From: Octopus bimaculoides | Lineage: Eukaryota | DNA length: 36,579 nucleotides | NCBI RefSeq assembly: GCF_001194135.2 | Contig: NC_068982.1 | Location: 64,152,625 to 64,189,203, forward strand | Reading direction: 5' to 3' | Shown here: positions 23,425 through 34,387 of the stretch, in pieces | Position numbering within the stretch: the stretch's first letter is position 1 | Layout: the number at the start of each line of letters is the position of its first letter | Position numbers and translations under genes: made by a program | The notes under the pieces: model-generated | Seen by the model: the letters and a program-made list of their open reading frames with translations, nothing else | The model's database searches: none | What the model was told of the DNA's origin: nothing

Positions 23425-23948
23425 ACTAATAAGAGCCACGTTTCTACTCCATAGAGGAGAATGGAGAAAATCGATGCGTTGTAGATGCGGTGCAGAAGAG
23501 TAGTGACACCAAAGGGAATTCCATAGAAAGTTCTTGACCCGGCGTCCAGTCCACACTGCAGTTGTTGGTAACTGTGGAGCTCAGGTAGATGAAGGGAGCT
23601 GACAAACACCACAACATCGGAGCCAATATGTTGCGGGGAAACGTCCGAGTCATCGCCGACATGCATCAGCTTGCTCTTCCCCAACTTACCTGGAAGCCAA
23701 GCTTTGCTGATTCCTCTCAGCATATGGTCAGTGCGTTCCTGTGCTGGTCGATCGAGTTGCTGAAGCAGGTGTTATCGTCCGCATACACCAGGTCAGTAAA
23801 GAGGTAGTGCCCGAAGGTAATGTCAGAAACTCGCTCACAGACCTTGGTCATCAGATAATTGATGACACAGTTGAAGAGGTCGGGGGCAGCCACGCAGCCC
23901 TGTCTGACACCGCTGTTGATGTGGAACCAGTCAGAGTCCCTCCCTCTC
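23425..23948 (-). mobile_element. RTE-clade LINE reverse-transcriptase fragment
   Basis: SDWFHINSGVRQGCVAAPDLFNCVINYLM...FTDLVYADDNTCF (YADD at 23785-23774), then KLMHVGD...FIYLSSTVTNN and SILLYGVETW across frameshifts; typical RTE RT domains. Confidence 0.9.
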
Positions 23949-24664
23949 ATATATACATACTTTTTTTTTGTATACATCTTAACAAACACATGACCAGCTT
24001 CTCCTTCAACGCCAAAAGTATGCCTCTAAAAGTGAACTTGGAATCTCCTGTAATTTCCTGTAATCCTCAACGTCTTTAACCTCAAAATTATAGAAAGAGA
24101 GATCAATGACTACATATACATAAACAGACAGCATTCCTCTTATAGTTATCTTCAGTCCTATAATCTATTCTCTGATTTAGTACAAAAACAAAAATAGAGA
24201 ATAAAGAACGTTATCTTAACGCCTTTTGCAAAAGAAAGCGGTTCTATAATAACTTTGATATGTAATTTAATCTTGCACTAAATTTAGGCAAAAATAAAGA
24301 GCAAAAACCTGAGTCCGAATGGTGATTGTTTGTGTAAGTAAAAGTTATACAGTGAAGCTGGTCAAATTTGGATAAGTTCGTATTCCGTGAAGACAAAAAG
24401 AGTCTGAGGTTTCAAGGCTAATCTGTCTGAGAAAAAAAAATTATCGTGTCTTTCTCAGAGGAAGACCCCCTTCTCTTCTCACACTATAATAACTTATTCA
24501 AACGCTCAAGCTTCTGTACATTAGATATAATCTTTCTTTGGTTCTATCTTTTTAAACTTTTCTTCGTTTTTCTTCAGATGTTTTCTTTTTCTTTTTTACT
24601 GCTTCTAGTCTTTAAGGAACTTTATATAGCGAACTTACATGGTTAAGTTATGTCTATCATGAGT

Positions 24665-24871
24665 CCTAGGACTCATACGGCCGGAAAACTTGGTTTCCAT
24701 GGCGTTTAAGCGACCGAGATCACAACACACCCTGTCCCTGGACAGTTATAGCTGGAATTCGTCTTCAGCTAAGTGGACTGGAACAACGTCAAATGAAGTG
24801 TTTTGCTCAAGAACACAACGCACCGCTCGAAAATCTGAAGTACAAAATTCTAACCACTAAGTCACGCGCCT
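24665..24871 (-). mobile_element. tRNA-derived SINE, family D (diverged)
   Basis: Minus strand AGGCGCGTGACTTAGTGGTTAG...GGTGCGTTGTGTTCTTGAGCAAAACACTTCATTTGACGTTGTTCCAGTCCACTTAGCTG: tRNA-like head plus a CORE-like CTTGAGCAA segment. Confidence 0.7.
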
Positions 24872-25114
24872 TTACAATTTAGGATGGGTGATGGTTGATG
24901 GCAGTATTGGTCGAGTATCAGACGAAATACTTTTTAATTGTTTAGTTACGTCCCTTTTTATTTGCTTTGCTTTTTATGTTTCTGGAACTGATAAAATACC
25001 TACCATTTATATTTTGGAGTTCATTGAGACCGAATGCATGTTTTCCTCTAAATTAGCAACTTTGTATCTTAATTAGAAATCATTCTAACATTTTGAAATA
25101 ATCTCTGACAATAG

Positions 25115-25207
25115 CACCAACAGAAATATTATTCGGTGATTTGTTCTTTGCATTCGTTGATCGAGGAAAAAGAGGAATTCTTACGACTTCTATGCCCTCC
25201 TGGACTG
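25115..25207 (+). CDS. Candidate 93-nt coding exon of an unidentified host gene
   Basis: Acceptor ctctgacaatag (or cag at 25121-25123), donor CTG/gtaaga. Open in phase 1 (APTEILFGDLFFAFVDRGKRGILTTSMPSWT) and phase 0 (HQQKYYSVICSLHSLIEEKEEFLRLLCPPGL). No homology recognised. Confidence 0.35.
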
Positions 25208-25367
25208 GTAAGATTGATACCAGCTGAAATATTTGCCGGGAAAATATGAATTCTTCAAGAGTATCAAAAGAGTAGGTGATGCTCTTAAGTCAAACTGCGT
25301 GTTAGGTCTATGACCGTGTTATAAACTATAGCCATAAACCTGCAAAATAATAACGATAATAATAAGT

Positions 25368-26014
25368 ATCTTTTCTAATTTACGCACAAAGTCAGCAGTT
25401 TTAAGGGAGAGAGTTAGCTAATTACACGACCCTAAAACTTGACTGGTAGTTTATTTTATCAAACCCGAACGCATGAAAGGTAAAGATGACCTCATTGGTA
25501 TTTGAACTCAAACTATAAAGAGTCAAAAGAAAGCATTTAGCCCGACGCACTAACGATTCTGCCAGCTCGCTACATTAAATGGTTTCAAATTTTGGCCCAA
25601 ATCCCGAAATCTTAAGACTGAGTTAGTCTACACCATCGATCCCTGTCCTTGACCTTTCTTTTATTTCATCGAGCCCCTAAGTGAGAAAAGGTAGAGTTGG
25701 CCATAATGATATTTGAAGAATCAAAAGACATGCTGCTAAGCATTTTGTCCCACACGAAAACGATACTACCAGTTCGCTGCCTTGCCAATAATAATAATTA
25801 TCCTTTCTACTAAAGGCACAAGGCCTGAAATTTTAGGGGTAGGAGTTAGTCGATTACCTCAATTCCACTACTCAATTGGTTCTTATTTTGTCGATCCCGA
25901 AAGGATGAAAGACAAAGTCAACTTCGGTGATCTTTGGACTCAGAAAATAAAGAGTCAACAGAAACCCCACTATGCAGTTTATCCGACGCGCAACAATTCT
26001 GCCAGTTCACTGCC
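25368..26014 (-). mobile_element. Three head-to-tail SINE family C copies
   Basis: Copies at ~25368-25571, ~25586-25783 and ~25802-26014, separated by short AAT-rich linkers. Confidence 0.85.
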
Positions 26015-26026
26015 AAGTCATGCCAG

Positions 26027-26190
26027 TAATAATAGTAATAATAATAATAATAATAATTATTATTATTATTATGATGACGATGATGATGATGGTGGTGGTG
26101 GTGATGATGATGATGATGATGGTGATGGTGATGATGATGATGATGATGACGATGATGATGATGATGATGATGATGATGGTGGTGGTGATG

Positions 26191-26222
<32 letters not shown>

Positions 26223-26263
26223 GATGGTGGTGATGATGATGATGATGATGATGATGGTGGTGG

Positions 26264-26330
<67 letters not shown>

Positions 26331-26333
26331 GAC
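26027..26333. repeat. Compound (AAT)n-(ATT)n-(GAT/GGT)n tract
   Basis: Direct reading; source of the poly-Asp, poly-His and poly-Met ORFs. Confidence 0.95.
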
Positions 26334-26590
26334 AAATTTCAATTGAAACAGAGAAAGGAAAAAAACGCAATAAAGAAACCGAATTCGGAATTAGAATCGA
26401 GAAAACATTCCTGTAAAAAAAAAACTAAAGAAAATACTGTAACATGCCGTGATCCTTCAGTCAATGTGATTCTCTTTAAAATGTTTCATTGCAATTTGAT
26501 TGCTATTGGTTTTACTTTTAATCTTATCTATGTTTTTACATGACATGAATATGTTTACACTGTTTTATGTCTCTTTACATACTCTTTTTA

Positions 26591-26657
26591 CAAGCGATGT
26601 TGGGGGGAGACAAACACAGACACACACACACACATATATATATACACACACACACAC

Positions 26658-26740
<83 letters not shown>

Positions 26741-26906
26741 TACGAAGGGCTTCTTTCAGTTTCCGTCTACCAAATCCACTCACAAGGCTTTGGTCGGCCC
26801 GAGGCTATAGTAGAAGACACTTGCTCGAGGTGCCACGCAGTGGGACTGAATCCAGAACCATGCGGTTGGTAAGCAAACTACTTACCACATAACCACGCCT
26901 GTGCCT
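26591..26906 (-). mobile_element. SINE family A (3'-truncated)
   Basis: Head nearly identical to 2755-2918; internal (CA)/(TA) tract. Confidence 0.9.
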
Positions 26907-27203
26907 ATGATTTTAAACGAAAATTAACAAAATTACTGTTGGTACAAACATAAATGACTTATACAAAATACAAGTTAAAGCAAACGTACATTCTTTTTTT
27001 CTTTCCATTTTTAGGTTTAACCCCTGTTCGACTAGACCTTTGACAAAATGTGACCTAGCCGTGGCCGTCCTGACTATTTTAAGATAGTATCTTACAATAA
27101 CATTAATCAATAATGATAATTACACAATTCAGTGTATTCCAAGAGTTCTGTGTCAATGTGATACTGATAGGTAAAACGATTTCAGGGACAAAAACAAAGA
27201 CAG

Positions 27204-29128
27204 TTTCAAATTTTGGTACAAAGCCAGTAAGTTCGTAGGAAGAGGTAGTCGATTACATCGACCCCAGAGTTCAACTGGTACTTATTTTATCGACCCCAAA
27301 AGGATGAATGACAAAGTCAACCTCAGAAGAATTTGAACTCAGAATGTAAAAATGGAATGCTGCCAAGTAAAAGAATAACAGAAAAGTAAAAATTACTATT
27401 TTTTAAAAACTTAAACCATAACATATCCAGGAAAATTCTAGCTATTAGATCCTAGTGTTAACCTGCAGTAAGATTAAATTACAATATGATATTGTAATTC
27501 AAATGTATCGACCCTTTTATCTTCCTAGTTGATGAAATTTTAAAAAAAAGTATTAAATATAATTATTAAATATGATTATTAAATATAAAAATATTAAATA
27601 TTAAATATGATTATTAAATATAGTTAATGAATCTAAATTATTAGTTTCAGAAAGACAGATTGTTTACATGGCTTTTGGTTTCTGTATCATAGCGTTAGCG
27701 AGATTTGAAAAGAACGGGAAGAAATGCCGCTAAACATTTTGCCCGACGCGCTACCAATTCTTGCAGCTTGCCATCTTGCTGTAGCCAAATAATCCTTTCT
27801 ACTATAGTTAAAAGGCCTGAATTTTGGGGGAAGTGGGGTAGTCGATTATATCAAACGGTATCCAATACTCAAACGGTAATTATTTCATCGACCCGGAAAG
27901 GATGAAAGGTAGCGAGGACTTCTGCGACATTTGAAATCAGAACGTAAAGGTGGACGAAATGCCGCTAAGCATTTTGTCCGGCGTGCTTAGCGATTCTGCC
28001 AACTCGCCACCTTACTGCAGCTGAATAATGCAATTAATTTTCACCCAATGTTCTAAAAATTCTACCAGCTCAAGAATTGATTTTCTAACAGTAACTTAAG
28101 GCCACATATTTGAGGGGAAGGGTGTAGTCGATTAATTCTACCCTCGTGGTAGACTGATACTTTATTTTATCGATCAAAGTAAACAAGCCAAAGCTGATAT
28201 CAGCGGGATTTGAACAACCAACGTAGAGAGCTTTACTTATTGTTGGCACTCCGTCGCTTACGACGTCGAGGGTTCCAGTCGATCCGATCAACGGAACAGC
28301 CTGCTCGTGAAACTAGCGTGCAAGTGGCTGAGCAATCCACAGACACGTGTACCCTTAACGTAGTTCTCGGGGATATTCAGCGTGACACAGTGTGACAAGG
28401 CTGACCCTTTGAATTACAAGCACAACAGAAACAGGAAGTAAGAGTGAGAGAAAGTTATGGTGAAAGAGTACAGCAGGGTTCGCCACCATCCCCTGCCGGA
28501 GCCTCGTGGAGCTTTAGGTGTTTTCGCTCAATAAACACTCACAACGCCCGGTCTGTGAATCGAAACCGCGATCCTATGACCGCGAGTCCGCTGCCCTAAC
28601 CACTGGGCCATTGCGCCTCCACAGAGCTTAACTTAATACCGCAAGAAATTTTACCTGACTATTCAGTCAGTCCAGATAATAAATGATTGCAGAAACGTCA
28701 GCAAACTGTAAATAATAACTTTTTCAACTTTAGGCAGAAGGCCTGAAATTTTGGAGTAAGGGAATAGTTAATTGTATTAACTCCGGTGTTTAACTGGTCC
28801 CTATTTTATTGACCCTGAAAGGATGAAAGGCAAAGTTGACTTCAGCGAAATTTTAACTCGGAACGTAAAGCCGAAAGAAACGCCGCTAAGCATTTAGCCC
28901 GGCGTGCCAAGGATTCTGCCAGCACGCCGCCTTAGCGTAAATAACAATTCTTTCTAATTTTGATACAAGGCCAGCAATGTTGTTGGGAAAGAAAGTCGAT
29001 TACATTGATCCCAGGACTTAACTGGTACTGCATACCTCGGCAGTATTCGAACTCAGAACGGGAAGTCGAGAGAAATATCAGTAAGCATTTTGTTCGACGT
29101 GCTTACAATTCTGTTAGATCATCGCCTT
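27204..29128 (-). mobile_element. Cluster of about six SINE family C copies/fragments, one interrupted by a family B SINE
   Basis: Copies at ~27204-27365, 27710-27778, 27793-28013, 28083-28226, 28722-28933 and 28950-29128, all minus strand. Confidence 0.82.
28241..28620 (-). mobile_element. SINE family B, full length, nested in a family C copy
   Basis: Near-identical to 4065-4440; TSD-like agagctttacttat / agagcttaacttaa. Confidence 0.92.
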
Positions 29129-29612
29129 AACGTCACTAACTAATTATAATCAGACTTTGTATTAACAGAAAGCAAGTTAGTTCCACAGTATGAATATACT
29201 AAACTAGAAAGAATCTAGTATTGGTGTTCTATGACGGCATCAGTTGAAATAATTTACTTCTTGACCCAAAAGAATATCTGAACAATTAAATAAGATGCTT
29301 TGGTGCAGAAGATCTTTTATTAGAATCGAAGTCAGAGGGAAGAAGTATTGTCTGTTCGAAAAATCCAAACGAAGAGCGAATGCTGATCATAATTTTAGAC
29401 CACGTTTTAGACCACCAACATGTATTCTATTCATGTGGAAGTTCTCTATATTGTAGTCATAGCAGCTCCCACACACACGCACGCACATAAACACACGCAT
29501 ACACAAGAACACAAACACTGAGGTAGTGGTGAGTGTGTGCATGTGTGTGTGTGTAAATAAGCTTTCGCCCAATATCTATTGAAATACACACGCACACACA
29601 TATATATGTATA

Positions 29613-29655
<43 letters not shown>

Positions 29656-30672
29656 NNNNNNNNNNNNNNNNNNNNNNNNNNNNNNNNNNNNNNNNNNNNN
29701 NNNNNNNNNNNNNNNNNNNNNNNNNNNNNNNNNNNNNNNNNNNNNNNNNNNNNNNNNNNNNNNNNNNNNNNNNNNNNNNNNNNNNNNNNNNNNNNNNNNN
29801 NNNNNNNNNNNNNNNNNNNNNNNNNNNNNNNNNNNNNNNNNNNNNNNNNNNNNNNNNNNNNNNNNNNNNNNNNNNNNNNNNNNNNNNNNNNNNNNNNNNN
29901 NNNNNNNNNNNNNNNNNNNNNNNNNNNNNNNNNNNNNNNNNNNNNNNNNNNNNNNNNNNNNNNNNNNNNNNNNNNNNNNNNNNNNNNNNNNNNNNNNNNN
30001 NNNNNNNNNNNNNNNNNNNNNNNNNNNNNNNNNNNNNNNNNNNNNNNNNNNNNNNNNNNNNNNNNNNNNNTATATATATATATATGTATGTATATATACA
30101 CACACACAAACCTATATATACACACAGAGAGAAAAATGTATGTATGTATGTATGTATGTATATAAACACCATTAGAAAGACTGCAGAAAGAGTGGTGAAA
30201 TAAATGAACAATTACTTGACAAATACATTACTTCATGGTTGTAGAAATTTGCTGCGTGCAAACCATGCAACCATACAACGGCATAATCAATATTTCAATA
30301 TTAGATCACCATTAATCGGGATTGCTTTACCTGAAGGCATATGAATTTGGTGAAGGAATAAGAAAGAAAACAGCTGAGAAGTCTCAAAGATCACACACAA
30401 GAAACTACAACAATTGTGGTCAATAAAGAAATTAGAGATATAAAAATACTAGTAGTACTAGTATCTCTAGAAATGTAATCCAATAAGAATAGACTGATCG
30501 ATTGTTAACTAAGATATCACTCATAATTAAAACAATATTTCACGAGCTATTTCGTTAAGAGATGAGGGATATCTAGTGCATTGTGAAAACTGTTCCAAGA
30601 GAAATCTACACTTCAGACGAAATTTATAAATTGCATTAAACTTGTCGTCTATGTGTGTGGGTATCTGTGTGA

Positions 30673-30705
<33 letters not shown>

Positions 30706-30803
30706 GCGGTCTTCTGAGATATCGGACACAGACTGTTGTGTTGTAGGTGGCTTCGAGTGGCTGCGTGCCGCGTAACGTTATTATTATTATTATTATTATC
30801 ATA

Positions 30804-31013
30804 AAGGCAGTGACCTGGTAGAATCGTTAGCACGCTGGGTAAAGTGCTTAGCGGCATTTCGTCCATCTTTATGTTCTGAGCTCAAATTCCGCCGAGGTCG
30901 ACTTTCCCTTTCGTCCTTTTGCGGTCAATGAAATAAGTACCAGTTGATCACTGGGGGTCGATGTAATCGACTTATCCCTTCTCCCAAAATTGCTGGCCTT
31001 GTGTCAAAATTTA
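30804..31013 (+). mobile_element. SINE family C inside an (ATT)n tract
   Basis: aaggcagtgacctggtagaatcgttagcacgctggg...gagctcaaattccgccgaggtcgac...ggccttgtgtcaaaattt, flanked by TTA repeats. Confidence 0.88.
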
Positions 31014-31059
31014 AATCATCATCACCATTTTTATTATCATTATTATTATTTATTGTTAT

Positions 31060-31741
31060 TGCACAGCTTCTAACACTGGAGATGTACTACGGTCCCAGCT
31101 GTTCACTACCAGTGAACTAAGGTAACAACCCTTATTTTTCGATCACCATCCGGAGTATTCGAGCGGTTCCAAGCAGCCAGAGACAATATGATTTATTGTT
31201 TTTTGTCCATCTCCACCTATTCTGCAGCTACTTGTTATGTTACTTTTTATTATATGTTTTTGGTAATTCCTGATGGGAAGGCTTTGATTTTGTGCTGCGA
31301 TTAAAAATCCATCAGTCTCTGCTTTTAGTCTTGAGCTTCTCAGCCATTGTTGGGATTTTGTTTTGTCTATTTCTTTTCTGTTTAGTCTAACTCAATATTT
31401 GCCATGAAGGGGCTTTTCTTGCCTAACTGTACAAGGCCTCTACCACCTTCGATACGTCATATATACAGCCTTTCTATGTCAGATTTTGGGAGGTGCATCC
31501 TAAATCCTGTCATTATTTTCCTGTATATTTTGATTAGTTCATTTAGAGTCCAGTTAAGAATATTGTAACTGTTTCTTATAACTGGGACGGCTAGAGTGTT
31601 GATACCTATTATCTTGTTTTTCACATTGAGTTCTGTTTTCAGTATTAATCTGACTCGTCTATACTATTCTTTTTTATCTTCTCTTTCATTTGTATGTGTT
31701 GTATCATATCTAATTCATTGAATCCTAAGTATTTGTATGTC

Positions 31742-31742
<1 letters not shown>
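31060..31742 (-). mobile_element. 5'-truncated, internally deleted R4/Dong-clade element inserted in (TAA)n
   Basis: Minus strand TYKYLGFNELDMIQHIQMKEKIKK...YRRVRLILKTELNVKNKIIGINTLAVPVI...MHLPKSDIERLYI*RIEGGRGL...WLRSSRLKAETDGFLIAAQNQSLPIRNY...SCRIGGDGQKTINHIVSGC joined to GTARILR, followed by a 3' UTR. AAT repeats on both sides. Confidence 0.9.

Positions 31743-31812
<70 letters not shown>
31742..31812. repeat. (ATT)n microsatellite
   Basis: Direct reading of the sequence. Confidence 0.95.
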
Positions 31813-32639
31813 TGCTTCTGTTCGAGTCAAATAGCTCTGCAGTTTTTGGATTTTAAATAAGGTTTGAATGTGAATAAGTTTTCTAATTTGTGAGAGTACA
31901 AAAGTCGTAGAAAGGAATTTAGAAGCTGCATGTGCCCAAAATAACTGCCTCATTCCTTGAGGAATTTATTCAGGAACAGGTAGGAAGGTAACATGTCACT
32001 GCTTCACAAAAACCGGAGTTTAGCATGTTTTGTACACCCTTAACAGAGCAGTTAATGATATGTGGCACTGTCGTGACACAGTATTACTTTTATGTATAGA
32101 AGGTCTTACAGAAGTATATACCTGGTCTTCTAAGCTGAGGACAAGATAAGAAAGGCCGAGGTGATGCACCATGCATCAGCTATTGGCAGATGCAGTAATA
32201 CATGGGTTAGTACATTACGAGGATTTCAACGCAGTCCAGTAACTGTAATAAGTAAAAATATAAACATAGAAATAAAACCACATTCCTTGATTGGAACTGA
32301 CATTTCTTTAGAATTATTGAACTGCTTATTCTTCTGGTTCCTTCTTCGCTTCCTTTGTCCAGAATAAGTGGTGAAAATGTCTCAAATCTTGAAAAGTTTC
32401 ATAACTTGAAATTAAACCATGATGCTGTTCCACACTATATTAACTGTCGTTTGATCTCAGGCAACATTTCTTGAGGTTCTGCAGCCTGTTTCTCAGTCAG
32501 ATTAACTGAAGCATATAGACCTACCTAATTTCCAGAGACAACACGAAATACCTCCAGCAAATATTATCGCACAAGTCAATAACGTGGCCTTATGGTCTTT
32601 CAATGTACTAGAAGAGATAGCTTCAAATTTTATCAGAAA

Positions 32640-32832
32640 GCCAGCAATTTTAGAAGAAGAAGGTAAATCTATTCCATCGACCCCAGTAGTTGCTAGTACT
32701 TTATTTTATCGATCACGAAGGATGAAAGGCGAAGTCGACCTCGGCGAAATTTTAACTCAAAACGTAATGAATCGGAAGAATTATCGCTAAGCATTTTGTC
32801 CCGCGCGCTAACCTTTCTGTCAGCTCACCGCT
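32640..32832 (-). mobile_element. SINE family C
   Basis: ttttatcgatcacgaaggatgaaaggcgaagtcgacctcggcgaaattttaactcaaaacg...aagcattttgtcccgcgcgctaac matches family C. Confidence 0.85.
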
Positions 32833-33224
32833 TGCAATATGTTAGAAATAGCAACTTAATCTGTTTCAAAGCATACACTACTATCTTCTAAAAAGGAAGG
32901 TCATATAAAAATAATGTGATTCTAAGTATACAATGCATGAAAAACAACAAAGGAAAGATAGTTATGGCTGAAATACCTTCGATTACGGCTTTGGTCAAAA
33001 CTGTTGTACAGATTAAACATGAACTCAAGGCCCAAGAAACGTTTATCAAATGCTTTATTCTCTCAGTCATTTTACCTCTTAACTACGATTCAATTCTGGC
33101 CTGAAGTTATTCTAGTATTAAACCTAGATACTTTCTTATTTTCGAATTTAGTTCTTCTAGAATTAAGCTTACAAGTGTTTCTTAGAAACAAAAATAAGCA
33201 AATTTTATATCAGATTCTCTAAAT

Positions 33225-33598
33225 ATTTACTTGTTTCAGTAACTAGACTTAGGGACACCATTCTGAAGGGTTTAGTCGAAAAACTCAACCCTCGTACTTA
33301 TTCTGTTTTTAGAAGTCTGGTACTTAGTTCATCGTTGTCTTTCACCGAACCACTAATTTCAGGGGACATAAACAAACCAACACTGGTTGTCAAGCGAGTT
33401 GGAAGAAACACAAAGACACTCACACACACATATACATATATTCGGCGGATTTCCACATAGTTTCCCTCTACCAAATTCACTCACAAGGCATTGGTCAGTC
33501 CGGAGCTATAGTAAAAGACACTTGCACAAGGTGCCGCGCAGCAGGACTGAACTCGAAACAACGTGGTTGAGAAGCGAACTTCTTAATTATAGAGCTAT
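33225..33598 (-). mobile_element. SINE family A, diverged near-full-length copy
   Basis: Contains the family A tail (ttgtttcagt), ggttgtcaagcg, ctaccaaattcactcacaaggc and the tRNA-like head. Confidence 0.8.
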
Positions 33599-34271
33599 TT
33601 AATTTTATCATATGACTCGATAATTAAATTATAATTTCCCGGCTATTAACTTTATTTATGGAATATTTATTTGCAATAATTTATCTATACTGCATTTCTG
33701 TTGGCTTGTCCTCCCATAGTCATCTATTTCAACACGAAAGTCGGACCTTCTTATATGTATACATATATATANNNNNNNNNNNNNNNNNNNNNNNNNNNNN
33801 NNNNNNNNNNNNNNNNNNNNNNNNNNNNNNNNNNNNNNNNNNNNNNNNNNNNNNNNNNNNNNNNNNNNNNNNNNNNNNNNNNNNNNNNNNNNNNNNNNNN
33901 NNNNNNNNNNNNNNNNNNNNNNNNNNNNNNNNNNNNNNNNNNNNNNNNNNNNNNNNNNNNNNNNNNNNNNNNNNNNNNNNNNNNNNNNNNNNNNNNNNNN
34001 NNNNNNNNNNNNNNNNNNNNNNNNNNNNNNNNNNNNNNNNNNNNNNNNNNNNNNNNNNNNNNNNNNNNNNNNNNNNNNNNNNNNNNNNNNNNNNNNNNNN
34101 NNNNNNNNNNNNNNNNNNNNNNNNNNNNNNNNNNNNNNNNNNNNNNNNNNNNNNNNNNNNNNNNNNNNNNNNNNNNNNNNNNNNNNNNNNNNNNNNNNNN
34201 NNNNNNNNNNNNNNNNNNTATATATATATATATATATATATATATGGTAAATGAAAGACGAGAACTTTTAT

Positions 34272-34387
34272 TATTAATCACGACGATTGTTTCGACACAT
34301 CTAGCATCGATCCCTCACGAGTAGGATACCTAACAACTGGTTCAGGAGCATCCAGCAGTGCAGATGTGTTTCATCAGGTGATAAATA
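34272..34387 (-). ncRNA. Type I hammerhead ribozyme with an enlarged stem II domain
   Basis: Minus strand UAUUUAUCAC CUGAUGA A-ACACAUCU...(59 nt)...AGAUGUGU-C GAAA C-AAUC-G UC^ GUGAUUAAUA. Stem I 9/10 bp, exact CUGAUGA and GAAA cores, 8-bp perfect stem II, 2-bp stem III and GUC triplet. Predicted cut between 34282 and 34281. Confidence 0.8.

Noticed and set aside
25782-26543. 253-aa poly-Asp ORF and overlapping poly-His/poly-Met ORFs (also 11562-11927)
   Set aside because: Translation of trinucleotide microsatellites plus SINE sequence.
5921-32150. Other CTGANGA heptamers (e.g. 5921, 10078, 13578, 19395, 23849, 24573, 32116)
   Set aside because: None is followed by a paired stem II plus GAAA plus NUH; several lie inside TE coding remnants.
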